A stretch of DNA of 64,000 nt from an uncultured euryarchaeote (GTDB lineage: Archaea; Thermoplasmatota; Poseidoniia; Poseidoniales; Poseidoniaceae), in NCBI GenBank assembly GCA_963981035.1, contig CAXCCF010000005.1:2056-66055 (forward strand), given 5' to 3'. The notes beneath the pieces were generated by a model. The model searched no databases. It was given only the letters and a program-made list of their open reading frames with translations, and was not told the DNA's origin. The position numbers and the translations under genes are program-made. Within the stretch, counting starts at the first letter, position 1. Every line of letters begins with the position of its first letter. Positions 63,137 to 64,000 of the stretch are shown here, piece by piece.

Positions 63137-64000
63137 ATGTTCACAAACACCCGCTTCACAGATTGGGATTTACCCGAAGGTGTCATCAAAGGTATTGATG
63201 ACCTCGGATGGGAATTTTCAACACCAGTTCAAAAAGATACAATTCCTTTAGCACTTAGCGGTCGTGATGTTATCGGCCAAGCAAGAACTGGTTCAGGAAA
63301 AACAGCAGCATTTGGAATACCGATCATCAACAAATGTGAGGCAACTGGCAAACTTCAAGCTCTAGTCTTAACTCCTACGAGAGAGTTAGCCAATCAAGTA
63401 GCAGAGGAAATTAATAGTTTACAAGGTGATTGTGGACTTACAATCCTTACAGTATATGGTGGAACAGACTTAGAAAAGCAGGCCAAAACTCTCCAAGACG
63501 GTGTGGACATAATCGTCGGAACACCTGGAAGAGTAATGGATATGACCGAAAGAGGTCATATTGAATTAGAAAATGCGACCACATTTTGTCTTGATGAAGC
63601 AGATAGGATGCTAGATATGGGATTCTTCCCCGATATTATGTGGGTAGTTGAGAAAATGACCTCACGTCAACAAACTCTACTATTTTCAGCGACATTCCCA
63701 CAGGAAATTATTGATGCTGCCAATGAGTTCATGAATGAACCAGAGTTTGTTCTAACAAACGTTGAGGAATTGGACATTCCTCCAATTGAGATGTATATGG
63801 TTCACATTGGCCGTGCAAATAAGTTGTGGGTTACAGGACGTCTTCTTGCTCAAACAGGTGATGAAGGTCAAACAATTATTTTTTGCAATACAAAAAGAAT
63901 GGTAGATTTGGCAGTTCAACGCCTTTCCAAGCATGGATTTGATGTTGCTGGATTGCATGGTGACTTGAACCAAAACCAAAGGGAGAAGGTTCTAGGAAAA
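63137..64000 (+). CDS. DEAD-box ATP-dependent RNA helicase (3' end beyond the window)
   Basis: My own translation from ATG 63137 gives the Q motif FSTPVQ, motif I ARTGSGKTAAF, motif Ia PTRELA, motif Ib TPGR, motif II DEAD and motif III SAT. The frame stays open to the window edge. Confidence 0.95.
   Translation, partial: MFTNTRFTDWDLPEGVIKGIDDLGWEFSTPVQKDTIPLALSGRDVIGQARTGSGKTAAFGIPIINKCEATGKLQALVLTPTRELANQVAEEINSLQGDCGLTILTVYGGTDLEKQAKTLQDGVDIIVGTPGRVMDMTERGHIELENATTFCLDEADRMLDMGFFPDIMWVVEKMTSRQQTLLFSATFPQEIIDAANEFMNEPEFVLTNVEELDIPPIEMYMVHIGRANKLWVTGRLLAQTGDEGQTIIFCNTKRMVDLAVQRLSKHGFDVAGLHGDLNQNQREKVLGK

Noticed and set aside
1-64000. Search for CRISPR arrays, transposases, integrases, prophage or plasmid modules, and tRNA-adjacent integration scars
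   Set aside because: No regularly spaced direct repeats, no recombinase-like or transposase-like ORFs, and no duplicated tRNA 3' halves near tRNA-Pro or tRNA-Lys were seen. The window looks like core chromosome.

Overview
The window is gene-dense and AT-rich, with almost no non-coding space. It reads as core chromosome from an uncultured marine planktonic archaeon. Marine Group II/Poseidoniales-like is my inference from gene content, not a database result. Archaeal information-processing genes are unambiguous: ribosomal protein S3Ae, proteasome beta subunit, aCPSF1/FttA, RNA polymerase subunit L, EF-1beta, TruD, archaeal-type TrpRS, a type A RNase P RNA, tRNA-Pro and tRNA-Lys. Bacterial-looking metabolic genes sit among them: PlsC acyltransferase, ThyA-FolA, and the Ni-superoxide dismutase pair sodN-sodX. 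There are also very large C-terminally membrane-anchored surface proteins (885, 1691 and 1593 aa), two RND/MMPL-like exporters, several GT2 glycosyltransferases and a VKOR-based disulfide-forming module. I saw no CRISPR array, transposase, integrase or prophage signature. The best candidate for something new is a tightly coupled four-gene minus-strand operon at 1694-5352. Its core is an apparently intact eukaryote-type Cid1/GLD-2/TUTase terminal nucleotidyltransferase fused to a long coiled-coil and basic tail. An unknown helical protein, a GNAT acetyltransferase and a Roadblock/LC7 protein flank it. Other observations worth a second look:
- an S3Ae protein with a C-terminal SAP motif
- a PdaD-like protein lacking the self-cleavage serines
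- an insertion of about 90 aa in TrpRS
- a surface protein with tandem cytoplasmic zinc ribbons
- two small zinc-ribbon genes and three RNA genes absent from the ORF track
All functional calls rest on motif recognition by eye. No searches were run.
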